Source of the DNA: Octopus sinensis
Lineage: Eukaryota
Assembly (NCBI RefSeq): GCF_006345805.1
Contig: NW_021836940.1
Coordinates: forward strand, 1-22,372
Direction: 5' to 3'
DNA length: 22,372 bases
Shown here: in pieces, positions 9,511 to 20,476 of the stretch
Layout: every line of letters starts with the position of its first letter
How positions within the stretch are numbered: the first letter of the stretch is position 1
Program-made: the position numbers and the translations under genes
Notes under the pieces: model-generated
Told to the model about the DNA's origin: nothing
The model's input: the letters and a program-made list of their open reading frames with translations, nothing else
Databases searched by the model: none

Positions 9511-9932
9511 AACAGGCAATGTTACAGTATGCTGTAACAGGTAATTGTTACAGGTAAAGTTTCAGTCAAAAATATGCGTAGAGTAAAAAAAAATGTACGC
9601 ATATTTTATTGAAAACGCAACTGTCTCCAAGAACTACACTCCACATCGTTCATTATTTTGGTCTATGATTCTCTTGAAGCTATTCTGGAACCATAACGTT
9701 CCTGAATGTTCCACCAACGTATCCAGACATATTTATTCTCAGTACCAGGGTGAAATTATATTGACGTCTTTCAGTTCCTCTTTATAGCAAGTAAGGGCAA
9801 CCACATTGGCCCCGTCTATAATAAATTCTTAATATATCCTCTCCATGCATACATGTGTTGCTCTCTATATGTAATTTCATACATGCGAGTATATGAGTAA
9901 GTTTAAACATCTATATTTTCCATGAGTGCGTG

Positions 9933-9964
<32 letters not shown>

Positions 9965-10288
9965 TTGCGCGCGCTTCCATCTGTGAGTGTGTGACTGTGT
10001 GTGTGTGCTTTTGTGCGTCTGTTTACTACCTACATATTTTATTGTCCAGCCAGGCAGGCAAAGAATATTTCGTCCGCCATATTCTAGCAGACTTCTGTGA
10101 ACCAGACAAAACAATGATTGGAATAATATAATCGAATTGAGTGTTCGAATAGACTATAATTATATAAGAAGATGGAATTGAAGCTGTACGCTCAATTATA
10201 CAGACTTATATACATGCATAGACACACACACACACACACACATACATTCAACACTCACACACATTCATACGCACACATATGTATGTAC

Positions 10289-10330
<42 letters not shown>

Positions 10331-10560
10331 ATAGAGATAGAGAGATAGATAGATAGTTAGATAAATAGATAGATAGATAGATAGATAGGTAAGTAGATAT
10401 GTGTATAGATATACATACATGTATATAACTGATATAGTGATATATATGCATATGTATACATACGTATATAGACAGATACATACATGTATATGCATACATA
10501 TTTATAGACACATATACGCGCATATATACACACAAATATATATATATACATACATCATGC

Positions 10561-10614
<54 letters not shown>

Positions 10615-10766
10615 CTCTCAGAAACATTAACAGGCGGTGCTATTAACCTAGACGTGGTCTGGATTAATAGTATGCAAAAAAAATCTATTGTCTAATATAC
10701 GTGGATGTTATCTCCTGTGTGTATACATACCTATATATATATATGTGTGTGTATGTGTGTGTGTAC

Positions 10767-10828
<62 letters not shown>

Positions 10829-11639
10829 TACATATATATATTTATATACAGACACACTCAGACACACAGATACACACTCACACTCTCTCTGACATACACA
10901 CACACACACATATATACATGTAATACTACTTGGGTTAGCATTAAGATGTAAAAATCTAATAATCGATGCTATGATATAAACATGATATAATGTGGTATTA
11001 CATGATGAGACACAGATGATTCACAGGACCCACCGATATCGATAAATTGCATTTTCTTTTTATTTTTGTAGAAATGAGTTATTACTGATGTTTTTACGAA
11101 ATATTCTTGTTATTACCCTCGTCATCATCTCTGAACGAAAGGCAATCCGTCAGTGACCACCGCCATTAACTTCATTTTTTGGGGTTTTTTTTCTAAATGC
11201 AATGAACTTGCTGACGCCTGCTAACTCACATCCAAGTCTATTCTCAGACAGATGGGTATAACTTGAGGAATACATTGCTACTATTTATAGAAAATCAAGG
11301 CACTCTCGCCGTCTCAGCTGATGCTTTGTTTTTGCCCACTGTGGCTGAATATACCTAGTGATTCTATAACTGTAAGTCCATGTTCATTCCTTTAGTTACT
11401 TCATATATACTCGGGTTGCATTACAGTTAGATGGCACAATCATTTGCACGTCGGTCAAAAATATCCATTGGTATTTCTTCCGGTATTTTCCGTTCTGAGT
11501 TTGTGCTTGCCTTTCCGGTATTTTCCTTTCCGATGTTGTGCTTACCTTTCTTCCATTCAGGGTAGAGAGTGGTCCAAGGGAGGTAACAAGTGGCGAGGGG
11601 ACAACTAACTCCGCAGTATAATTTTTGAAGTGGTGAAGT

Positions 11640-12360
11640 TTATATATTAAGGTATGGTCTGTACTTTTTTATGAAGAGGTTTTCCTTGTTTCGGCGTTCT
11701 TGTAAGGAGATTGAATCTTTGCACCGGTATAATGGAAAGATATGGAAAATCGGCGCTTTATTTCTTGCTCATCTGTCGATATATTCGCTCAGATCTATCT
11801 GCCTGTACTGAGGAAAACGAATCTGTTATTTATCCAGCGTGACTCTGCATCTCAACGTAAGGCTCGTTTGGCCCACATAATTGTGGCCACAACCTGAGCA
11901 GTTTTGGACATAGATAAGGTTCTGGGAAGCACATGTGAAGTTGGTCTTAATTGAGAATTTTTCTCCATGCTGGAATTTGAATTCCGAGGCTTCAGTTAGG
12001 TGTGGGCATGTACCTCATGCCCATATTAGGTCGTCTGCATTTTTTAACTGTTGGTATCTTATGTATTGAGTATAGTTTTGCATTTGTTTGTAGTCTCTTG
12101 CGTGATTGTTTGTCTTTTGCACTTGAGGAGTTTAGGTGTATTTAGAATATTGTTCATTTTCGAGTCTTGAATGAGCAGAGGGATATTTTGTATAATTGTG
12201 TTGCATGCTTCATTGTTTCTGGGGTGGGTTGTGAGTTGATATGCATAGGAATGATTAAAATGTTGTCCTTAGTGTGCTCGCATCCAATTCCTTGGCACGT
12301 TCAATTCCATTGTCTATAAGGGCTGGTGACTATTGACGTTCAATGAGAGTTATTTTAAGG
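11640..12360 (-). pseudogene. Second Penelope-like element remnant: thumb end, linker, GIY-YIG endonuclease
   Basis: - strand translation gives ..LIDNGIERAKELD; IIQNIPLLIQD; KKCRRPN; GTCPHL; KFSIKTNFTCASQNLIYVQNCSGCGHNYVGQTSLTLR (IY 11915-11910, YVG 11879-11871); and KENLFIKKYRPYLNI-stop (TAA 11642-11640). Contains internal stops and frameshifts. Confidence 0.9.
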
Positions 12361-12653
12361 TCTTGTCTCCTTTGCCACATGTTACCTCCCTTTGTCTACT
12401 CTCTAGACTGCTTCTTATTTTTCAAGCATCCAAAATGACGAGGCCCCTTTGTCACAAGAATTGATTACTTCACAGTGTCCCTTGAAAAGCTAATTTAAAT
12501 AACGAAAACCGGTTGGATATCACTACATTCTTAAAATATGTATATATATATATTTTAATTTCTTTATAAAAACATATTAAACTATGTGAAACGAAGGCAT
12601 TACTCTTCCACTTTCTATATTATTTCCACATATTTTCAACTATATATATATAT

Positions 12654-13212
12654 ATGGTGGCTGCCCCCTCGTTATCGAGTATGGCCATTGTACGAAGCGT
12701 AATCAATGTTGTTATCGTGCAATGCATGTGCAAGAAGATTTTTTTTAAAGTGGGGAAAGGCTGTGCACTGAGTCAATCCCACTCACTAAGCAACAGCAGC
12801 CATAATCCGAAAAGAAGAACAAGTCAACATCATCGGTAACCACTGAGTCGCAGGTTTTATATCGGAGATATCACAGTTACCTGAGTTACCTTCTCCCAGA
12901 AGGATGCCTAACAAAGGCTAGGAGTCCTCCACTCCCAATGGTTTAACCGCACGATCGGGTTTCAGTCGATAATTCTATGTCCGTTTCGCGCATGATCCAG
13001 CCTTAAGACATTTATTGGATGGCCGTTGACTCTCAAGAGTTCCTCCGACCTTTGACGACGGGTGTTGTTTTTCATCCCGCAGGGTATCCAATAAACACCC
13101 TCCTCACCAAGCAAGCTTGGTGGGGTTGCCGGTTTAGTCGCCGACGTCCAGACAAGGCAACAGGTGTACTGGTTTACATGTTACCAGTAGCACTCCAAAG
13201 TGACCTGACACT
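12654..13212. mobile_element. GC-richer interspersed repeat, possibly the 5' region of an RTE-type LINE
   Basis: Sharp compositional block between TA microsatellites with no coding motif. The family assignment is recollection only. Confidence 0.3.
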
Positions 13213-13318
13213 ATATATGTTATATATATATATATATATAATTATATATACATCCATACATATATATATATATATATATACATCTATACATATATATATA
13301 TATATATATATATAATAC

Positions 13319-13385
<67 letters not shown>

Positions 13386-13884
13386 GTTGGTATTTTTCTA
13401 CATATGAATAGGAATATATGTATATATGTATATGTCGGTGTATTCATGTCTAGTACACAGACACGGATTCACACGCACACAGAGACATATATGACTGGGA
13501 GAGCAGGCACTTTTGTTTCAATTCCATCTCTTATATAATTATAGTCTCCTGGAAGATTCAAGTCCGTAATATTATTCCAATAATTGTTTTGTTTGGTTCA
13601 CAGAAGGCGGGCACAATATGGCGGAAGAAGATTTTTTCGCGTGGGCCGCATAGACAATAAAATAACTCGGTGATAAAAGCAAAAAACCCATATAGTCTCT
13701 CTCTGTGTCTCTCCTTTCCCCTCTCTCTATATCGCTGTTAAACACACACACACACACTTATAGGGACACTCATAGAAATTCAGAAGCCTAAATATATTTA
13801 TATACATATATAGAACTATATATGTGGGTGTGTGTTTGTGTGTTTGTGTGTATACAAAATTGCATACGTGGGCATATGGTGTAT

Positions 13885-13942
<58 letters not shown>

Positions 13943-14105
13943 CATTCTTTTATATTAATTAACCTTATAACTACTCAATACTTTTTTCGGAAGGGATATG
14001 AATCTCGTCGGACATCTGACGAATGCTAGCAAGCATTAATTTCGAAGTCACAGCCAACCCTCTCGTAAAAGTTTTATCTATGATGAAAACATGTTTCTGT
14101 CTCAT

Positions 14106-14125
14106 AGATAGATAGACAGACAGAC

Positions 14126-14199
<74 letters not shown>
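14106..14199. repeat. (GACA)/(GATA)n microsatellite
   Basis: Direct reading. Confidence 0.95.
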
Positions 14200-14200
<1 letters not shown>

Positions 14201-14785
14201 AAGCTGGATATAAAGAAAGGGTGGATCAGAAAATGAGAATAAAAGATGGGAGATGAGAAAGAAATTGAGAAACCGAAAGTGAAAGTAAATGTGAGAAAAC
14301 TAAAGCAGATGTTTTTGTTTTTTGTTTTCATTGCTTTTGCTGATTTGTTTATATATTTCTTTTGTGTTTTGTTTTTTAGTCACACATTTGTGTCTAGACT
14401 GTAGACTTCGTGTTTGGCACTTCACCAGTAACTTAAATACGCTGCTTTGATTCAGTTGTTTCTCGCACGCACACACACACACACATATATATACAACTAT
14501 ATAAATAGGTAAATATATATAGATATATGTATGATATATATATATATATGATCTCCTTTTTATATATAAATATATATAATATATAATACATATCATATAT
14601 ATATATTATATATACATAAATAATATATGTATATATATAATATATATATTATACACACACACATATATGTTTGTTTGTATGTATATATACAAATTCAGGA
14701 ACTCATAAATATATATACATAAATCATACATATATCTATATATATTTACATATTTATATAGATTTATACACACACACACACACAC

Positions 14786-14842
<57 letters not shown>

Positions 14843-15640
14843 GTGTGCTTTTGTATATTTGTATGGATATGCGTAAAACTATGCGTGCGCGTGCGTATTT
14901 CTTGTTTCCACGTTTCAAAATCACTTCAGGTGCGTTGATTACTTTTTTGTCAACAATTAACCTGACAATGCTGTATCCACTGCACGAATCTACGTGATTA
15001 TGTCATATGTCAGCTCCTTAACTTAACTTATTATTTAATGTGCGCACCCTATTTTATATATTTACTCACTTTATTCTTATTTATTTATGTATATTATCTA
15101 TTTACTTTCATTTCTTCTGATTCTCGTCTTCGTTTAGTTCCTTGCTCGGGTGGTGTTGTGGTATTTTATGCAATTTTAATTTAATTTTAAATTTATAAGA
15201 TATATAGTCTTTGTTTTACTTAGGAAGGGTTGCAACCTGAATGCCTGACGTTAAAATCTTTACTTCCTCGTTCGTTCTCTGAAAGTGATTGGAGTCATTT
15301 GTAACAGAATCGTATTTTTCTGGCAAAAAAAATACAAAACTTCTCGAAAACTTTTAACAATACTTCGGGTCCTCACGAAATTCTAAAATTGTATTCCTTT
15401 GGAAAAAAATAAAACCTGCCCATTGCTCTGCACTTTGCTTATATATATTTGTATGCGTATTGCATAACGCTAGGCTTAAACTGTAAGGCTTCCCATCGAA
15501 GTTTTGAAAATATATTTTTTATCTTCACGACGTACTTGGACTTATGAGTTTTTTCACTGATCACGGAAATTTTCCGTCTGATATACCGGTGTATATGTGC
15601 GTACACAGATATATATGCATATAAATGTGTATTTATATCA

Positions 15641-15990
15641 ATGATCACCAGAAAGGAGTTGCAAGAATATTTGTTAGCTTCAGGGACTAGTGTTACACTA
15701 CGAACAATCAGCAATGAACTTCATAGGAATGAACTGAAATCACGCTCTGCTAGAAAAACTCCGCTGTTGACTAAAAGGCATAGAGATGCCCGTTTAAAAT
15801 TTGTTTATGAACATAAAGATAAATCTGATACATTCAGGGAAAAAATTCTATGGACAGACGAGTCGAAAATTGAATTGTCTGGACGAAAATCGCGTAGCCA
15901 TGTTCGGAGGAAAGATGGTACCGCCTATTCGCAGAAAAATTCAATTTCTACTGTAAAGTTTGAAGGTGGTGTGTGGGTGTTTCTCTGCAA
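15641..15990 (+). pseudogene. Tc1-family transposase fragment (second HTH, RKTPLL linker, first catalytic Asp)
   Basis: VTLRTISNELHRNELKSRSARKTPLL; ILWTDESKIEL (Asp codon 15857-15859); TVKFEGG followed by a frameshifted W(G)CFSA. These are canonical Tc1 DD34E transposase motifs. The N-terminus and TIRs are missing. Confidence 0.9.
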
Positions 15991-15992
15991 AA

Positions 15993-16433
15993 CCTAAACC
16001 TTGTGTATAATACGCACCCCTTCTCTAACTTGAGTCAAGGAGGTCTATAAAACGTCCTTGCTTTGTAAAACTGTATACGGTAACGTCCTTTATTATTATT
16101 GTATATATAACATAATGCAAACGTGTAGCTTTTTTGTGTATTTTGTTCCCAGAAAATAAAGAAATAACACTAATAACGTTTAATAAATCTTGCTTTCTGC
16201 CTGTTATGGATGATTCTTTTATGACTTCATTGCTTTCAGGCTTAGCTTATGGTATTTTCGCGCCCGACATAACGAAATGCGTCTGAATAAAACATTGCCG
16301 GACAGCAAATAGAGATTTTGGACATTGCTTAGAAAATAATTTTCATTTTTAACCTCGTATATAGTACGCCCTAGGGATTTTGACCCTTAAATTTTGAGAA
16401 AAAAGTGCAGATTATACTCGAGAATTTACGGTA
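15993..16433. mobile_element. Tc2/pogo-like MITE with degenerate TIRs
   Basis: The right end reads TACCGTAAATTCTCGAGTATAATCTGCAC on the - strand (16433-16405). The left end is CCTAAACCTTGTGTATAATACGCAC (15993-16017). CCGTA-type termini with a TA flank are typical of Tc2/pogo relatives. Confidence 0.5.
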
Positions 16434-16559
16434 TACATGCAGTTGGTACGACTAGAAATCTGGAATGAGAAAGGACAGATATTATAAACAAAATTCAATA
16501 CTTTGAGTTTTTCGATATAAATATATATTACACTGTTATTTTATCAGCTTGTATCGAAT

Positions 16560-17030
16560 TGTGTTACATTTTATACTCTTGTTGTCACTTTACACACCCT
16601 CACACACATACCGATATATATATATATATATATATATAGATATATATTATATATATTATATATATTATATATATAATATAGTATATGTTGTATGTATCTA
16701 TACAGAGATTTATACAAATATACACATATATACGCATGCATATTATATATATAAATACACATATACATATATATATATGTATTTATATATATGTATATAT
16801 ATATATATATGTATGTATATATATATATATATATCTATACATGTGTGTGTGTATCTATACAGAGATTTATACATATATATACACATACATATATACACAT
16901 GCATATATATAAATACATATATATCTATCTATAAACATATATATACATATACATATATCTACATGTATATATATATCTTATCTATATATATATATGTATG
17001 TGTGTGTGTGTGGTGTGTGTGTGTGTGTAT
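16560..17030. repeat. Compound (TA)n/(CA)n/(TG)n low-complexity block
   Basis: Direct reading. Source of the Y/I-rich spurious ORFs. Similar blocks occur at 41-130, 10210-10610, 10720-10920, 13215-13440, 14470-14850, 19190-19720 and 21348-21590. Confidence 0.95.
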
Positions 17031-17364
17031 AGCAGATTATTATATAAATCAGATTAGTAGATTAGTGTCTAGACTGGAGGCTTTAATGTGGCGTGTTTGG
17101 CATATCACCAAGATATTCTGATAGTCTCCATTGTTTTCGTTTGGTTTGGTGCTGCTTTCTGTTCGTTATGTCTTGTTTTCATTCGGATTGCTGTTGAGTC
17201 GGGTAGCGCGAATGGGTCAGGTGTCATAGTGAAAGTGAGACTACATATGAATATATGCATGCGCGTGTATAGTTTATGCCTGCATATATATACACACACA
17301 CACATATATATATATATATGTTAATACATATATATATTATATGTCATAGTTATACATATATATG

Positions 17365-17423
<59 letters not shown>

Positions 17424-17552
17424 CGTATATGCATACATACATAATATATATATATAAGTTCAGTAAAATTTAGATTCATTTGAATATGGTACTTATGTTA
17501 AAGGCATCAGAGTTTGTAGGTGTATTATCCATATAATTCGAAATGGGGTGAT

Positions 17553-17705
17553 TACAATCAAGATAAGCAGCAAGGATATCCAGAGGTAATGCAGTACGAT
17601 CGTTTCATGCGACTCCATTAATTGAACATTGTTTAATTAAATGATGGAGTCGCATGAAACGATCGTACTGCATTACCTCTGGATATCCTTGTTGCTTATT
17701 TTGAT

Positions 17706-17709
<4 letters not shown>
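17553..17709. mobile_element. TA-flanked near-perfect palindromic (foldback/MITE-like) element
   Basis: Arms 17556-17618 and 17644-17706 match 61/63, with the inner 48 bp perfect. An inner stem forms between 17619-17627 and 17631-17639. Confidence 0.75.
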
Positions 17710-17736
<27 letters not shown>

Positions 17737-17757
17737 ATATACATTTATATATATATG

Positions 17758-18265
17758 TAGCCTCGGGTCGACCAAAGCCTTGTGGATGGATTTAGTAGAC
17801 ACAAACTGAAATAAGCCCTGGAGTCGATTTGTTCGACTAAAAGCTCTTCAAGCCGGTACCCCTGCATGGTCGCAGTCAAATGACAAGAGGCGCCGCCTTG
17901 ATATTTCAGTCGAATGAATCGATCCCAGTCCTTTTTATAAGTCTGATACCTATTTTATCAGTCTGTTTTGCCCAACGACTACAATGTTACGGAGACAGAA
18001 ATATACCAACACCGGTTGTGGGGAAAAACGGACAGAAAGACACAAAGACATACACAAAACGTGTGTGTGTGTGTGTGTCTATCTCTGAATTTACGTTTCT
18101 CGATCACCGCTTGACAACCGGTGTTGCTCTGTGTACGTCTCATAACCTATCGGTTCGGCAAACGACACCGATAAATTAAGTACTATGCTTAAAATGTAAG
18201 TACTGCAGTTTATTCTTTTGGTTAAATCCTTGAAGGTTATGCTCCAGCATAGCCACAGTCTACGA
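17758..18265. mobile_element. Cluster of SINE family A fragments: internally deleted + copy (17758-17884), 3' module on - (17886-18050), 3' module on + (18095-18265)
   Basis: Each piece aligns to 7240-7560, e.g. TAGCCTCGGGTCGACCAAAGCCTTGTG; GCGCCGCCTTGATATTTCAGTCGAA; GCTTGACAACCGGTGTTG..CGGTTCGGCAAA. Confidence 0.7.
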
Positions 18266-19729
18266 GATGGTACAATAAGGGAAAACACATAAGTGTGTTT
18301 ATGTTTATGTATGTATATGTACTTATATACAAATATATGAGTATGTGTCTGTATGTAAACATATTTATATATAATGTAATACTTATGCGCGCTCATATAA
18401 TAAATATATACATTTATAGATGTGTATATGTACGTGTATGCGTATCACATATATATATAAACTATAAAATAAATAGGCTAATTGGATAATATATATACAT
18501 TATGCGAGATTATACCCAGTTATATTTGAGTATTATTCCAGATACAGTTACAATAAAGACTTTTCAAATAACAGTTTAAACAAGGGTATTTTGAAAGAGA
18601 ATATGGGAGACGAGAGCTGAGCAGACGATAGCGGAGCAGACGATAGGAGAGCAGACGATAGCAGTGCAGAGCAGTGGAGAGGAGAGAGGTCAACTGTCTG
18701 GGGAAAGAATTAAATGAGCGAAATGTGAAAAGAGATTAGATGACGGTAGATTAGTAGATAAAAGATTAGATAAGAGGATAAATTGAAAACAGATTATATG
18801 ATATACGATATGCAGCGAGATCTTCTGATTCTAAAGAGCGGCTCTGCGTTGTCACACGATTTGTAAGAAATATCAGCGTAATATCTTATAATTCACAACC
18901 GTGTTTTGTAAAGGAAGTAGGCGAAAGTGTATAATCGTACGACTTAGATATTCGATGTCGTAAAAGCAAAAACTAGGTTGTTCACTTCTGGAATGCTTTT
19001 GATCAGAGATCAGCTTTGTCAGATGATGACCAGCATTAAATAATAGCGCTGGCAACAACATGTACACCGATGTTTGAGATTTGTATATAAATATAACGCT
19101 ACACAGGCTTTTGACGGTGGATTGTCGTGAAATAGCGAGAGCTACGAAAACAAAAGAGAGATTATTCAATGACTGACGAGATTACTTTGGCTTATACACA
19201 CACACACACACATATATATATATATCTACTGAGAGAGAGAGTGCTTACATATACGTACATAAAAATAGGTATGTATGTATAGATATATGAACATAATATT
19301 ACGTAACGCATAGCATTATGTAAGTGATAACTTGAGATTGATACACTAACTGTATCTTTCTTTCTTCTCTATGTATGCCTACCTCAATTTTTCCTGACGT
19401 ATATAAATGTATTTGACTGCGTACACTCACATGTCTATAAAAATATACACGCATGCATTCCTATTTACACATCTCTAAATATATACCCACCTATTTTATA
19501 CATGCATGTATATAGATACATCTATGTATGTATATATTCATATATATGTGTGTGTATATATTTGCTCACATATATACGTGTGTGTGTTTGTGTCTGAGCA
19601 TATATATGTGTATAGTATTTATATTTGTATATACATATATACATGTGTTTATATGCATTTGTATGAGTATAGATATATATAAATATATTAGAATATATAT
19701 ATATATGTATAAAGTTAATCCAAACAAGA

Positions 19730-19897
19730 AAAAACGAAAAAACAAAAAAACACAACAACGCAAGGACGTGGAACAAATAAAGAGTTATTGGACGTTCAGG
19801 AAAGAATGGAAGAATGAGGGTTTAACGTTTCGAGCGGAGCTCTTCGTCGGAAGCATGGGAAGAAGGAAAAATCCCGAGAAGGGAAGACAGAGAAAAA
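19730..19897 (-). mobile_element. Short repeat carrying a hammerhead-like motif (probable PLE-terminal derivative of a different family)
   Basis: - strand CCGACGA-A-GAGC-TCC-GCTC-GAAA-CGTT embedded in a T-rich tail. Same architecture as 3465-3674 but a different sequence. Confidence 0.45.
19821..19852 (-). ncRNA. Minimal hammerhead-like motif, copy 3 (U4 replaced by C)
   Basis: Core CCGACGA (+19844-19850), stem II GAGC/GCTC with a 3-nt loop, GAAA, ACGT palindrome. Stem I is only about 2 bp. Confidence 0.4.
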
Positions 19898-19919
19898 AAT
19901 ATATACATATATATATATG

Positions 19920-20476
19920 TTAATCAATATAGGGAGGCAAAAAAATTTTGTAGAATTCTTTTGCCCCCAGCGGCCTAGTGGGAAAAAATTAAATAGTCAT
20001 AAACCATTTTTAAGTTCAATGGAATCGGCGGCTTATATTTATTTGCTGCCGATAAATTTGGCGCGAGTGCGACGATTTGAAAATTTTAGGTCAGATATTG
20101 GCGAGGCATGGACGAGAATGCCTCGTGAAAAATATCTGTTCCGATTTGGCTATTCCTTACTGATGAATCTAAGGGCCTATGGTAGATTGGCTTGATTTAA
20201 TTTAATCAGGTTAGTTTACCATTAAACAGTAGAAGAAACGGTGCATCGTATAGGAATTTCAGGGTAAATTGTTTTTTAATTTTCTCCTGGTTTACGGAAT
20301 TAATGTTTTTTGCGGTTGAAGCTTTTTGGCTGGTATTTCTAGTGGGTGAATGGCCTATTATGGCGTTCCTTGATTGTGATATTGAACTTAAAAATGGTTT
20401 ATGACTATTTAATTTTTTCCACTAGGCCGCTGAGGGCAAAAGAATTCTACAAATTTTTTTGCCTCCATATGATTAA
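19920..20476. mobile_element. TTAA-bounded MITE-like element with ~100-bp TIRs and a 360-bp core
   Basis: 19920-20020 is the reverse complement of 20381-20476, and of 20865-20963 with only two 1-nt indels. The outermost bases are TTAA at both ends. Confidence 0.7.

Noticed and set aside
9593-9790. Possible exon or mariner C-terminal relic in a unique island
   Set aside because: All frames are interrupted, there is no good splice-site pair, and similarity to mariner ends is too weak.
10050-10131. Apparent splice acceptor (TTTTATTGTCCAG) with a short ORF
   Set aside because: The segment is a copy of the repeat also found at 13569-13664, so a host exon is unlikely.
14016-14040. CTGACGA + ATGCT/AGCAT stem (hammerhead-like)
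   Set aside because: Followed by TAAT instead of GAAA, so two essential core bases are missing.
18619-18661. Three copies of GAGCAGACGATAG with a 15-bp period
   Set aside because: A short minisatellite with 2-nt linkers; not CRISPR-like. I could not establish LTR boundaries for the surrounding purine-rich block.
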